Shown here piece after piece: positions 11,514-21,203 of a stretch of 50,993 bases of DNA. A program made the position numbers and the translations under genes. The notes beneath the pieces are model-generated. The model searched no databases. It was given only the letters and a program-made list of their open reading frames with translations, and was not told the DNA's origin. The stretch is taken from positions 1 to 50,993 of the forward strand of contig JBIKPA010000001.1 in assembly GCA_044357715.1 (NCBI GenBank), written 5' to 3'. The DNA comes from Microthrixaceae bacterium (lineage in GTDB: Bacteria; Actinomycetota; Acidimicrobiia; Acidimicrobiales; Microtrichaceae). How positions within the stretch are numbered: the stretch's first letter is position 1; each line of letters starts with the position of its first letter.

Positions 11514-12461
11514 ATGCCCCGTCGTCGTGTTGCGGTTGCCCTGCTGCCACCAAAAGCGATCTCGGCTCAGATTCAGGGCCTGAGATCACTACTTGATGAT
11601 CCGCGAATCACGGACTTACCACCTCACCTGACGTTGGTGCCTCCGGTGAATCTCGGTGAACAAGACCTGAGGTCGCTGCGCGGCGCTCTACGATCAGTGG
11701 CCGCTCGGAGCGCCGAGTTTGAGCTGCGCTTAGGGCCCGTGAGTTCCTTTGCGCCCGCAACACCGACTCTGCATCTATCGGTATCTGGTCAAGTTGCTGC
11801 GCTGCGAGAACTCCGAGAGCAACTGCGGGTCCCGCCCGTTGACCGGCCCGAAACTTGGCCCTTCACTGCGCATGTGACTCTTCGTGAGTCAGTCGCTCTA
11901 GAACAGATTGCTCCGGCCTTGTTGTTGTTGACTGGTGAGTTAGCTGCATGGACGGTTGATCGCGTGTACGTGTTGGAACAAAGACCGCAGGGAAAGCTTG
12001 CGCGATGGGTTCCTATTGCTGAAGAGCCCTTTGGGGCTCCGGTGGTAGTTGGGCGCGGCGGAATTGAACTGCTCTTGCGAACCATCAGTCTGCTTGAGCC
12101 GCAGGTGGAGCAGTTGCTGAGCGAGCATTCCCCGCTGCGCCCGAGCGAATTAGAGGATCAGGATGGACAGATGCTGGTCATAGCTGAGCATGTTGAGCAC
12201 CCTGGCAGAGCCGTCGGGGTGGCACTAGGTGTGGTCTCGGGAGGTAGTGCCGAACTGCAGCAGTTGCTAGTGGACCCAGAGTGCCGACTGCAAGGAATCG
12301 CCCGACATACGCTCATGCACTGGTGCTCCGAGGCAGCCAATCGCAATGCAAAAGTTGCTGTTGCAGCTTTCAGTGAATCAGCGCAGATTTTGCAGAGCTG
12401 GGGTTTTGAGCGAGTAGGCGCGAGCATGCTTCGACAGTTGCTCATCGATTCGTCGGGGTAG
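11514..12461 (+). CDS. 2H phosphoesterase (2'-5' RNA ligase family) fused to a C-terminal GNAT-like domain
   Basis: Two HxT motifs (PHLTL, AHVTL). The C-terminal VDPECRLQGIA resembles GNAT motif A, followed by LQSWGFERVG. Confidence 0.75.
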   Translation: MPRRRVAVALLPPKAISAQIQGLRSLLDDPRITDLPPHLTLVPPVNLGEQDLRSLRGALRSVAARSAEFELRLGPVSSFAPATPTLHLSVSGQVAALRELREQLRVPPVDRPETWPFTAHVTLRESVALEQIAPALLLLTGELAAWTVDRVYVLEQRPQGKLARWVPIAEEPFGAPVVVGRGGIELLLRTISLLEPQVEQLLSEHSPLRPSELEDQDGQMLVIAEHVEHPGRAVGVALGVVSGGSAELQQLLVDPECRLQGIARHTLMHWCSEAANRNAKVAVAAFSESAQILQSWGFERVGASMLRQLLIDSSG

Positions 12462-12470
12462 CCTCAGCTC

Positions 12471-13313
12471 ATGCCTTCCGATGCAACTGCGGCTTCTTCG
12501 CCTCGCTCCGAGCGAAACCGATCTACAACACGATGGAAGACAGCCCTCATTACCGGCGCCTCGAGTGGTATCGGCGAGGCTTTCGCTCGCCAATTGGCAG
12601 AGGAAGGGTCGGATCTGATTCTTGTGGCTCGAGGCGTGCAACGGCTCAATGAGATTGCAGAGGAACTCATAGTCGCTCACGGAGTTGAGATTCAGGTCTG
12701 TGCGGCCGACCTCAGTGCCCCCGTAGCGCGTGCAGCGATTGAGCGAAGGCTCGCAGACCCCGATAATCCAGTCGACTTATTAATTAATAATGCGGGCTTT
12801 GGAACGAATGGCGATTTCTCTCACCTGCCGATCGCTCGAGAAGAGCAAGAAGTTCAAGTCAACGTCATTGCAGTTATGCGGCTCACTTCTGCAGCCCTTC
12901 CCGCTATGTTGCAACGCGATTCGGGGGCGATTCTAAATGTGGCTTCAATCGCTGGGCTCTACCCGGCACCAGGGAGCGCGACCTACTGCGCTACCAAGGC
13001 TTTTCTCTGTTCGTTCGGAGATTCGCTCTTTGAAGAACTCCGGGGAACGGGTGTGTCCATCACCACCTCGCTACCGGGTTTCACTGAGACCGAGTTTCAG
13101 AAGCGATCAAACTGGGAGGACCAAAAGAGCGTGCCCAAGGTTGCTTGGCTGACTGCAGCAAAGGTGGCTGCAGAGTCACTCGATGGTGTGAGCGCTTCCA
13201 AAGCGCGCGTAGTGCCAGCGTTAGGATATCGGCTTCTTGTGAGCGTCACCGCGCCGCTACCGCCTTCTACGCGTCGGTGGATACTGGGACGGGGCAGCCG
13301 AGCACTCCGCTAG
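12471..13313 (+). CDS. Short-chain dehydrogenase/reductase
   Basis: TGASSGIG, NNAG, YCATK. Confidence 0.92.
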   Translation: MPSDATAASSPRSERNRSTTRWKTALITGASSGIGEAFARQLAEEGSDLILVARGVQRLNEIAEELIVAHGVEIQVCAADLSAPVARAAIERRLADPDNPVDLLINNAGFGTNGDFSHLPIAREEQEVQVNVIAVMRLTSAALPAMLQRDSGAILNVASIAGLYPAPGSATYCATKAFLCSFGDSLFEELRGTGVSITTSLPGFTETEFQKRSNWEDQKSVPKVAWLTAAKVAAESLDGVSASKARVVPALGYRLLVSVTAPLPPSTRRWILGRGSRALR

Positions 13314-13344
13314 AACTCACGATGAGGCCAGCAGCCTGATACGC

Positions 13345-14181
13345 CTAGACCTTGCGGTAACGGTTGACTGCTAGGGGCGCTGCAACGGCTGTAATTCCAA
13401 TGACCCAGAGTGCAACGGGCAAAGCCATCGAGGACCAAGTTGAGCCGGGGAATACTTCGCCTACAGAGAAGGCGCGCAGCAGGTTTGCCACCAGCGTTAC
13501 GGGGTTGTTCCTTGCAAAAACCTGCAACCATCCGGGCATGGTGTAGACGGGAGTGAAGACCGAGCTAATAAAGGTAAGCGGAAAGAGCCAGACGAACCCG
13601 GCAGTCTGAGCAGTCTCAACGTCTTTGACCGCCATTCCAATATTTGCCATGACCCAGCACATTGCTGCACCAAACGACACTGCAGTCAGAACCATCAGCA
13701 GTCCAAACCCGATGCCTCCCTCAAAGCGGAATCCGACTACGTAACCGATGAGCACAAGAACAGTCGCAACGGCGGTGAGGCGAATTGCGTCGGCCATGAT
13801 CCGACCGGTGAGTACTGCGGACCGAGTTATCGGAAGTGACTTGAAACGGTCGATGATTCCCTTTTGCAAATCATCCGCAAGTCCGACAGCAGTGGCCGAA
13901 GTACCAAAGACAATCGTTTGCACCATGATTCCGGGAATGAGGAACTGTGCGTATGTGGTTCCCTTCGGAAGGGCCTGGCCGATTGCCCCGCCGAACACGT
14001 AGTTGAATAGCAGCACAAACATCACTGGCTGAATCAAGGTAAAGATGACGAGACCTGGCGTGCGAGGGAGCTGCACCAAATTGCGCCAAGCAATGATGCG
14101 ACTGTCGTGCCACATTGCTGCTGCGCCGCGGGGCCGCTTCATGCGCAACGGTTCCTGATTCACTGTTTGGGCGGCAGTCAT
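13345..14181 (-). CDS. ABC-2 type exporter permease (DrrB-like)
   Basis: IQPVMFVLLFNYVFGGAI, GIIDRFKSLPI, MPGWLQ..NP. Confidence 0.88.
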   Translation of the reverse strand: MTAAQTVNQEPLRMKRPRGAAAMWHDSRIIAWRNLVQLPRTPGLVIFTLIQPVMFVLLFNYVFGGAIGQALPKGTTYAQFLIPGIMVQTIVFGTSATAVGLADDLQKGIIDRFKSLPITRSAVLTGRIMADAIRLTAVATVLVLIGYVVGFRFEGGIGFGLLMVLTAVSFGAAMCWVMANIGMAVKDVETAQTAGFVWLFPLTFISSVFTPVYTMPGWLQVFARNNPVTLVANLLRAFSVGEVFPGSTWSSMALPVALWVIGITAVAAPLAVNRYRKV

Positions 14182-15185
14182 GAGTGGGTTCCTGTCCTTG
14201 GCTCGCTTGTTTGATCTGGGGTTGTTGGATCTTTACTGCCCGTAGCAGGTGAGTAACCCGTCAGCGAAAGAAACACATCGTCCAAGCTGGGGCGGTGCAG
14301 ATGGAAATCAACAATAGGAATTTCTGCAGCGCTAATTTCTGAGATTGCCCGAGCAGCCAAAGCCGTATCGTGCTCGACAGGAAGCGAAGCGATTCGCTCG
14401 GCCTCATTTCGGTGAACAGATCCGGTCAAGGCCAGTTTGTCGAGTAGTAGCGCAGCAGCGGCAAGCTGTTGCGAGGTAGCAAACTCAATCACCAAGCTTC
14501 GGCCACCCGTGCGATCTTTCAATTCGTCAGCGGTCCCTTCTTCTATGACCTGCCCCGAATCGATTACTACGATTCGGTTGGCTAGCTCATCTGCCTCATC
14601 AAGGTATTGGGTGGTGAGCAGCACTGTGGTGCCATCGGCGACGAGCTCTCGGGTAATGGACCACAGTTCCAAGCGGCTAGCAGGGTCGAGGCCTGTGGTG
14701 GGCTCGTCAAGGAAAAGAACCTCGGGGCGACCGACCAGGCTGACCGCTAGGTCGACTCTGCGACGCATTCCGCCCGAGTAGGTTCCTACCTGTCGTGACC
14801 CGGCATCACTTAGATCGAATCGCTCCAAGAGTTCCCCAGAGCGAGCGCGAGCTGCCGACGAGCTCATTCCAAGGAGTCGGCCGACCATCTGCAGGTTCTC
14901 TGCACCCGTGAGTTTTTCATCTACTGCCGCATACTGCCCGGTCAAGCCAATGATCGATCGCACGTGATTGGGGTGGGATGCAACGTCAAAACCAGCAACC
15001 TGAGCAGTTCCTTGATCGGCTCTCAGCAAGGTGGCAAGAATCCGCACGACGGTGGTCTTTCCAGCGCCGTTCGGGCCGAGAAGGCCGAGCACAGTTCCTT
15101 GTTCAACCTGAAATGACACACCCGCTAAGGCGTGAGTTTCTCCGAACCTTTTTTGAAGGTTCTCTACGGTGATGATTGGGGGCAT
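14178..15185 (-). CDS. ABC exporter ATP-binding protein (DrrA-like)
   Basis: GPNGAGKTT, YSGGMRRR, LDEPTTGLDP, TTQYLDEAD, PSLDDVFL. Confidence 0.9.
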   Translation of the reverse strand: MPPIITVENLQKRFGETHALAGVSFQVEQGTVLGLLGPNGAGKTTVVRILATLLRADQGTAQVAGFDVASHPNHVRSIIGLTGQYAAVDEKLTGAENLQMVGRLLGMSSSAARARSGELLERFDLSDAGSRQVGTYSGGMRRRVDLAVSLVGRPEVLFLDEPTTGLDPASRLELWSITRELVADGTTVLLTTQYLDEADELANRIVVIDSGQVIEEGTADELKDRTGGRSLVIEFATSQQLAAAALLLDKLALTGSVHRNEAERIASLPVEHDTALAARAISEISAAEIPIVDFHLHRPSLDDVFLSLTGYSPATGSKDPTTPDQTSEPRTGTHS

Positions 15186-15236
15186 CGAACGAGTTTAGTG
15201 GTACCGAGCCCAGTGCCAGATTCTGGACTCGGCGTA

Positions 15237-16205
15237 TCAGTTCTCAAACTTGGTATGGCGGTGTTGTGCATCTACAAATCGCACAGTGCCAGAGCGAGAG
15301 CGCATGACTAGTGACTGAGTGGTGGCACCCAAGCGGTTGTAGTGGACACCTTTGAGTAAGTTGCCATCAGTGATGCCCGTCGCTGCAAAGAAACAGTTGT
15401 CGCCCGCTACCAAGTCATCTGTACTCAACACCCGATCGAGATCGTGGCCAAAGGCTATCGCTGCTGCGCGTTCGGCGTCATCTCTGGCAAAAAGCCGCCC
15501 GACCAACTCTCCGCCTAGACATTTCAATGCTGCGGCAGCGATGACCCCCTCGGGGGTTCCTCCGATGCCAAAGAGAATGTCGACTCCGGTGTCGGGGATG
15601 GCCGTTGAGATAGCTCCCGGTGCGTCACCGTCGCCGATGAGGCGGATTCGAGCTCCAGCAGAGCGAATCTGATCCACGATGTCGGCATGACGGGGTCGGT
15701 CCAGCACCATTGCGGTGATCTCGCGAACTTCTAAGCCCTTGGCTTTGGCGACTGCCTGCAGATTTTCAGCCACAGTTGCTCGGATGTCGACAACTCCAGC
15801 GGCTTCTGGACCCACCGCAATCTTCTCCATATAGACAATCGGCCCAGGGTCGAGCATGGAACCCTTTTCCGAAACAGCAATAATCGAGGTTGCACCGCCG
15901 CGTCCGGTAGCTGTCAGGGTGGTTCCCTCGACAGGGTCAACTGCGATGTCGACATGGGGGTCAGACCCATCGCCGACTACTTCACCGTTGTACAACATAG
16001 GAGCTTCGTCTTTTTCGCCCTCGCCGATGATCACGGTGCCTGTCATCTGCACGGTTCCCATGATGAGTCTCATTGCATCGACAGCGGCGCCATCGGCACC
16101 CTCTTTATCGCCACGGCCAACCCAGTCAGAGGCTGCTAGCGCTGCTGCTTCGGTGGTGCGAACGAGTTCCATCGCAAGGTTACGGTCGGGCGCTTGTTTA
16201 GACAT
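15237..16205 (-). CDS. glpX: Class II fructose-1,6-bisphosphatase
   Basis: [41 protein letters not shown]. Confidence 0.96.
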   Translation of the reverse strand: MSKQAPDRNLAMELVRTTEAAALAASDWVGRGDKEGADGAAVDAMRLIMGTVQMTGTVIIGEGEKDEAPMLYNGEVVGDGSDPHVDIAVDPVEGTTLTATGRGGATSIIAVSEKGSMLDPGPIVYMEKIAVGPEAAGVVDIRATVAENLQAVAKAKGLEVREITAMVLDRPRHADIVDQIRSAGARIRLIGDGDAPGAISTAIPDTGVDILFGIGGTPEGVIAAAALKCLGGELVGRLFARDDAERAAAIAFGHDLDRVLSTDDLVAGDNCFFAATGITDGNLLKGVHYNRLGATTQSLVMRSRSGTVRFVDAQHRHTKFEN

Positions 16206-16241
16206 CTCTGGAGGATACCGACTGCAGCGAACTAGTACTCA

Positions 16242-16275
16242 CTTCATCCTGATTAACGATGGCTTCATCCTGATT
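16242..16275. repeat. Perfect 13-bp direct repeat with 21-bp period in a divergent promoter region
   Basis: cttcatcctgatt at 16242-16254 and 16263-16275. Confidence 0.85.
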
Positions 16276-16334
16276 CAATTGGGTTGGTGGCGCTGTTTCC
16301 TGCAGAGCGGCACTGAGCGTGCGATCATTCGTAG

Positions 16335-17135
16335 GTGACTGAACCAAGTGAAGATTCTGGCGGCGCTGTCGAAGAGACCGAGGAGTTTCTCTCAAGTTCC
16401 GATGTTGGCCTAGAGGACGGCCAGATGGCCTATGAGTGCTCCAGCTGGGCAGGGGAGTCTCGGGGGCTTCTTGGCAGCCTGTTGGTCTCTGCTGGGATTC
16501 ACCACGCTTGGCAGGGCACCACAGTCACCGTGCACGAAGCTGATGAGGAACGCGTTGATGCGCTCATCGAGGATGTGCTTGCATCTGCACGGCCAGCACT
16601 CGATCCTCGTGTGCCAAAACTGGTGTTTGAAGTTGCAAGCTGGCCGGTGGGACTTCAGACCGAATTAGTCGATCAGCTCACGGCTGCGCAGATTCCCTAC
16701 GAGTGGGATATTCAGGGAGATCTCATTGTCCGAGAGTCAGATGAGGACGAGGTCGAAGCGGTTCTCGAACTACTCCCTGACCCACAAGAAGAAGCAACTC
16801 TGCAGGGGGGAGCGCTTTCAAGCGATGACGGAGTCGCAGTGCATGAGGTCTTGGATAACGTCTTTTTGACAGCATCTCGGCTGCTGAAGCATCCGACAGA
16901 TGCTGCAGCCACTGTTGGGCTTGTACATGCATCTGCAATTCTTGAACAGCTTGCACTGCCCTTCGGGTTTGAGCCGCCTCAGTGGCAGCGGCTTGTCTCT
17001 GCTGCCCAAGAACTCAGCCAAGCACTTGAGCCACAGACCAACAGCAGCGAGCCCAACAGCAGCGAGCCAGTTTCTGATGAGCGAGTCGCCGAGCTTGCCG
17101 GCCAACTACGCGAACAGGTGCGGTTATATGTCTAA
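16335..17135 (+). CDS. Acidic hypothetical protein with an internally duplicated ~50-aa domain
   Basis: YECSSW...AGIHHAWQGTTVTVHEADEERVDALI aligns with FEVASW...AQIPYEWDIQGDLIVRESDEDEVEAVL. Confidence 0.75.
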   Translation: MTEPSEDSGGAVEETEEFLSSSDVGLEDGQMAYECSSWAGESRGLLGSLLVSAGIHHAWQGTTVTVHEADEERVDALIEDVLASARPALDPRVPKLVFEVASWPVGLQTELVDQLTAAQIPYEWDIQGDLIVRESDEDEVEAVLELLPDPQEEATLQGGALSSDDGVAVHEVLDNVFLTASRLLKHPTDAAATVGLVHASAILEQLALPFGFEPPQWQRLVSAAQELSQALEPQTNSSEPNSSEPVSDERVAELAGQLREQVRLYV

Positions 17136-17267
17136 CTCGGTAAGGTCAGCTCTCAAGTTGGAACTCCAAACCACTTTGAGTATGCCCTGTGCCATTGCTG
17201 CAGCGGCCTACCCTTCACCGGAGAGTTCTGAACGAACTGCGGTAGCTATCTAGGAGAAAGAATACAG

Positions 17268-18260
17268 ATGGGGATATGGACATCTAAGCGGGTACTTGTA
17301 ACGGGCGGCGAGGGCTTTATCGGCAGCCACCTTGTTGACCTGTTAGTCAGAGAAGGTGCGCAGGTCACTGTGCTGGTGTACTACAACTCGTTCGGTCGTT
17401 GGGGTTGGCTTGATACTGCAGCACCCGAAGTGCGTGACGCAATCAAAATTCTCCCTGGAGATGTGCGCGATGCCCGCCGTGTGGATGAAGCAGTCGAGGG
17501 CCAAGACGTTGTGTTTCACCTTGCGGCACTCATTGGCATTCCCTACAGCTACCACGCAGCCGAGAGCTATGTGCAGACCAACGTGACGGGCACCTTCCAT
17601 GTGGCCGAAGCCTGTCGGCGCCACGGGGCTCGCATGATTCACACCTCAACTTCAGAGGTCTACGGAACTGCGCTGCGGGTTCCAATCGACGAGGATCATC
17701 CGCTGCAGCCGCAGTCGCCGTACTCAGCGTCAAAGATTGGTGCTGACATGATGGCCCTGAGCTATTTCCATGCCCATGAATTAGAAGTGGCTGTCGTTCG
17801 ACCGTTCAATACCTATGGGCCGCGTCAGTCGACTAGGGCAGTGATCCCCACGATCTTGGCGCAGTTGTATTCAGGGGTAAGCGAACTGCACCTGGGTTCG
17901 ATTTCACCCAAGCGTGATTTCAATTACGTAACAGACACCGCGTCTGGATTTTTGGCTTTGGCAGATTGCGATGAGGCTCTGGGCCGGGCAACCAATATCG
18001 GATCAGGTCGAGAAATCTCCATTGGTGACCTAGTGGTCTTGCTATGCGAGATCACGGGTCGGTCAGTAGAGATCACCACCGATGAGGATCGTTTGCGGCC
18101 CTCGGGGTCAGAGGTTGAGCGACTGTTGTGTGATCACTCTGTCGCAACACGGATCAGCGGCTGGACCCCCGAAATCTCACTTGAAGAAGGACTGACGAGA
18201 ACAGCCGAATGGGTGCAGGCGCACCTAGCTGAACTCGAGGCAGGCGGCTATCACATCTAG
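17268..18260 (+). CDS. NAD-dependent nucleotide-sugar 4,6-dehydratase/epimerase (LegB-like extended SDR)
   Basis: TGGEGFIGSH, YNSFGRWGWLD, HLAALIGIPYSY, TSTSEVYG, YSASK, RPFNTYGPRQS. Confidence 0.9.
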   Translation: MGIWTSKRVLVTGGEGFIGSHLVDLLVREGAQVTVLVYYNSFGRWGWLDTAAPEVRDAIKILPGDVRDARRVDEAVEGQDVVFHLAALIGIPYSYHAAESYVQTNVTGTFHVAEACRRHGARMIHTSTSEVYGTALRVPIDEDHPLQPQSPYSASKIGADMMALSYFHAHELEVAVVRPFNTYGPRQSTRAVIPTILAQLYSGVSELHLGSISPKRDFNYVTDTASGFLALADCDEALGRATNIGSGREISIGDLVVLLCEITGRSVEITTDEDRLRPSGSEVERLLCDHSVATRISGWTPEISLEEGLTRTAEWVQAHLAELEAGGYHI

Positions 18261-18302
18261 TTGGCACATCTAGTTGGCACATCTAGTTGGCACATCTAGT
18301 TG
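18252..18302. repeat. 13-bp tandem repeat, about 3.9 copies, containing the TAG stop of the upstream gene
   Basis: (cacatctagttgg)x3 plus cacatctagttg, between convergent genes. Confidence 0.95.
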
Positions 18303-18306
18303 CTAC

Positions 18307-19422
18307 TCAGCAGTCATTGCTGAGTAGCGCCGCATACATCTCTTCATATGACCTGCGCGTTGCTTCGATTGTGAATGCAGACTCCGCAACCTCTTGGCCT
18401 TGCGCTCCCATCTGCGCAGAGGCGCTGGGATCTTTGAGTAGTTCAATCATCGCCCCAGCTAGTGCTGCTGGATTTTCTGGTTCGACAATCCACCCGGTAA
18501 CTCCAGGAGTAACAGCCTCACGCACAGAGCCAACATCGGTGGCGACTACTGCCAGCCCAGCGAGCATTGCCTCAACGATGGTGACAGGAAATCCCTCTAG
18601 CCGAGAAGGCAGGACTAGGCCGTCGAAGGCCCACATCATGTCTGCAACCCGAGCTTCACCCCAAGGTGCAGAGCGAAACTCAACTCGATCATCTAGGCCA
18701 AGGTCGGTGCAGAGTTGCCGTAAGGCTGCTGTCTCCTCGCCCTCACCAATAAGTACGAGCCTGCTGGGGGGTTCCACTAGTGCAAACGCCTGTAGCAATA
18801 GATCAAGGCCTTTGACCGGATCATGTCGGGCAACTGTCAACAACGTGGGTTCCTGTGGCCGCTCCGTAGGAACCCTGCCCACCTGCGGCACTCCGTGGTA
18901 GATAGTTCGGATTGAATCCGCTCGAAGCCCAGTTGACTCCTCGATCATGCGGCCGGTTCGATCCCCAACAGCTACATGCGCGCTCAGATGCTTGCAAGTC
19001 AGGCGCTTCAGGCGGGCCGAGCTTGGCGACCATGCACTCATCGGTGAGTTCTCAATAACAACCCTGCGACACCCCGGAATTGTTGTCGCAGCAAGGATGG
19101 CCCACTGGCAACTTGATGCTGATGAAAGATTGAACTGCAAAACATCGGGTCGCAGGCTCCGAAATGTTGAGCGATGCTTCAGCAGGCCCCGGATGTCAGT
19201 TCGGTTGTTGATACCGCGTAACCAAAGAGTTTTTGTGCTGGGTCGATGAGTAGCGAGCCACTCCAACACCTCAAGGTTTACGCCCACCAGAGTGACTCGA
19301 ATCTGATCGGGGAGAACCGTCAACACGCGTGAAAGGTTCACCTCGGCTCCGCCGCGAACCTCTGCGTCTGAGTACACCACTAGGTGAAATGGCTTCAGCG
19401 AACCTTTGCTTGAAGTGCCCAC
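18307..19422 (-). CDS. Glycosyltransferase family 4 (GT-B)
   Basis: GGAE, TVARHDPVKG, LPSRLEGFPVTIVEAMLAG, ATDVG. Confidence 0.92.
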   Translation of the reverse strand: MGTSSKGSLKPFHLVVYSDAEVRGGAEVNLSRVLTVLPDQIRVTLVGVNLEVLEWLATHRPSTKTLWLRGINNRTDIRGLLKHRSTFRSLRPDVLQFNLSSASSCQWAILAATTIPGCRRVVIENSPMSAWSPSSARLKRLTCKHLSAHVAVGDRTGRMIEESTGLRADSIRTIYHGVPQVGRVPTERPQEPTLLTVARHDPVKGLDLLLQAFALVEPPSRLVLIGEGEETAALRQLCTDLGLDDRVEFRSAPWGEARVADMMWAFDGLVLPSRLEGFPVTIVEAMLAGLAVVATDVGSVREAVTPGVTGWIVEPENPAALAGAMIELLKDPSASAQMGAQGQEVAESAFTIEATRRSYEEMYAALLSNDC

Positions 19423-19431
19423 AGTGAGCTG

Positions 19432-20160
19432 TCAGCCAGCGGGTAGGAGTCGGTCGCGAAGTGTGGCCCAATCTTCGTTTGCTTGGTCGTAGTCATCTGG
19501 GCGGCCAATGTCTAGCCAATAGCCCTCAAAGCGGTGGACTCTTGGAGGCGTGCCAGCCTTCATGAGGTCAAGGACTAGTTCATCGAAGCCCAGTGGCTCC
19601 CCTGGGGGATAGCTACGCAAAGTCTCTCGTGATGCTGCGTAGACACCCATCGACACCGAGAAATGCTCCACAGGCTTTTCTCTAAACTCGACAATGCGGT
19701 CACCCGTATCGCCACCGATACCAAGGACCCCAAAATCTATTTTCACGACTCGGTCGTAGGCCGCCACTGTCAGGGGCGCTTCAGATTCCATATGGCCAGT
19801 CAGGACTGCTCGATAGTCCAAGTCGGTCAGCACATCGCCATTCATGACAAGAAAGTGCTCGGGAAGAGAGTCAAGGTTGCTGACCACCGGGCCCATCGTG
19901 CCAAGAGGTGCGTCCTCTGGCCAGTATTCAATAGAGAGTTTCCACTGGCTGCCATCGGCGCAGTACGCACGAATGAGCTGCCCCAGGTGGCCAATAGCAA
20001 TGGTCACCGAGGTAAAACCGTGGGCCTTGAGTTGTCGCAACACAATCTCGATAATGGCGAACTCATCACCGATGGGGACGAGTGGTTTTGGGAACGCTGT
20101 TGTATAGGGCCGTAGGCGCACTCCGCGCCCACCCGCCAGAATCACCGCATGCATGGACAA
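19432..20160 (-). CDS. Sugar-phosphate nucleotidyltransferase
   Basis: AVILAGGRGVRLRPYT..PKPLVP, MNGDVL, EKP, WLDIG. Start may be ATG 20154. Confidence 0.92.
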   Translation of the reverse strand: MSMHAVILAGGRGVRLRPYTTAFPKPLVPIGDEFAIIEIVLRQLKAHGFTSVTIAIGHLGQLIRAYCADGSQWKLSIEYWPEDAPLGTMGPVVSNLDSLPEHFLVMNGDVLTDLDYRAVLTGHMESEAPLTVAAYDRVVKIDFGVLGIGGDTGDRIVEFREKPVEHFSVSMGVYAASRETLRSYPPGEPLGFDELVLDLMKAGTPPRVHRFEGYWLDIGRPDDYDQANEDWATLRDRLLPAG

Positions 20161-20163
20161 AGC

Positions 20164-21060
20164 CTATCTGTTGGCCGGCGAACCCCCACCGGGCGGGGTA
20201 ACTCGGTCTGCGCCAACTACTCGAGCAGCGAGCGCTTCTAGACTCATTTCAGGCACCCATCCGATGGTTTTGCGAAGAAGGCCGGGATCACCCACAACCG
20301 TTTCGATCCCTGGTTTCTCTAAGGAGTGAACGGTTGTTGAACTTCCGAGTTCAGTAGCGATGGCTTGAGCTATCGATCCGAACTGCAGTCCAACGCCCGA
20401 GCACAGATTGACCAGACCTTGTGACTCCTCAACGCTGGCTAGGTCAAGTAGCGCAGTCGCGACATCTTCAATCATTACAAAGTCGCGAGTTGTTGGCGGC
20501 CACCAGACATCGATGCTGCTGCCTTTAGCAGAACCGAGTGACCGCAGATCGGTCAGCCATTGATAGATCGGCGACACCGCCGGAATCGGGTAGCCAACGA
20601 TGTTGAAGACCCTAACAACCGTTGCATCTAGGCCCTCATCTCTGGCTCTGAGTACGGCCTCGGTCCCAGCGGCTTTGCTGCAGGCATACGGACCGATCGC
20701 TCGCTGAGGGCTGTTCTCGGTTACTCGCTGAGCCGACTGCGGATCACCATATTCAGATGCGGAACCAACGTGAATCAGCCGAACTCCGGTGCCTGAAAGC
20801 GTCATGCACAGCCATCGGGGAAACTCGGCGTTTGCATCGTTCAGTTCCGCCTCGGTTCCTCTGAGGCGGCCGCACGCGTTGATTACCGTGGTAGTGCGGT
20901 TTTGCTGAATGAACTTCTGTAGGGCTTCCATTGCGTCCCTATCGCGATTGCAAAAAACTGGATGAAGCGGTGGATCAATCACGCTTACCGAGTATCCGGC
21001 GGCGGCCTCTACAACCGCTCTTCCTACCCAACCGTCGCCGAGTACAAGAAGGTGGGCCAT
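20164..21060 (-). CDS. NAD-dependent epimerase/dehydratase family protein
   Basis: LGDGWVG (shortened Rossmann motif), HVGSASEYG, YACSK, RVFNIVG. Confidence 0.85.
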   Translation of the reverse strand: MAHLLVLGDGWVGRAVVEAAAGYSVSVIDPPLHPVFCNRDRDAMEALQKFIQQNRTTTVINACGRLRGTEAELNDANAEFPRWLCMTLSGTGVRLIHVGSASEYGDPQSAQRVTENSPQRAIGPYACSKAAGTEAVLRARDEGLDATVVRVFNIVGYPIPAVSPIYQWLTDLRSLGSAKGSSIDVWWPPTTRDFVMIEDVATALLDLASVEESQGLVNLCSGVGLQFGSIAQAIATELGSSTTVHSLEKPGIETVVGDPGLLRKTIGWVPEMSLEALAARVVGADRVTPPGGGSPANR

Positions 21061-21203
21061 CTACTCATTGTTGCATCTGTTGCTGCGCGAGTGGGGAGAT
21101 CGAGCGGAATAGCGACAGTGGTCCAAAGACCCTTTCCACAAAAATAACTGAAACCGTCGCCGAGCCTCTGTGATACTTAGGGGCGAGATGCGATGAGGAG
21201 GTT

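Noticed and set aside
13345-15185. Antibiotic self-resistance or a biosynthetic gene cluster
   Set aside because: DrrAB-like exporters are widespread and there are no PKS or NRPS genes nearby.
18252-18302. Possible CRISPR arrays (also 43138-43202)
   Set aside because: Units are 13 and 19 bp, directly adjacent with no spacers, and there are no cas genes.
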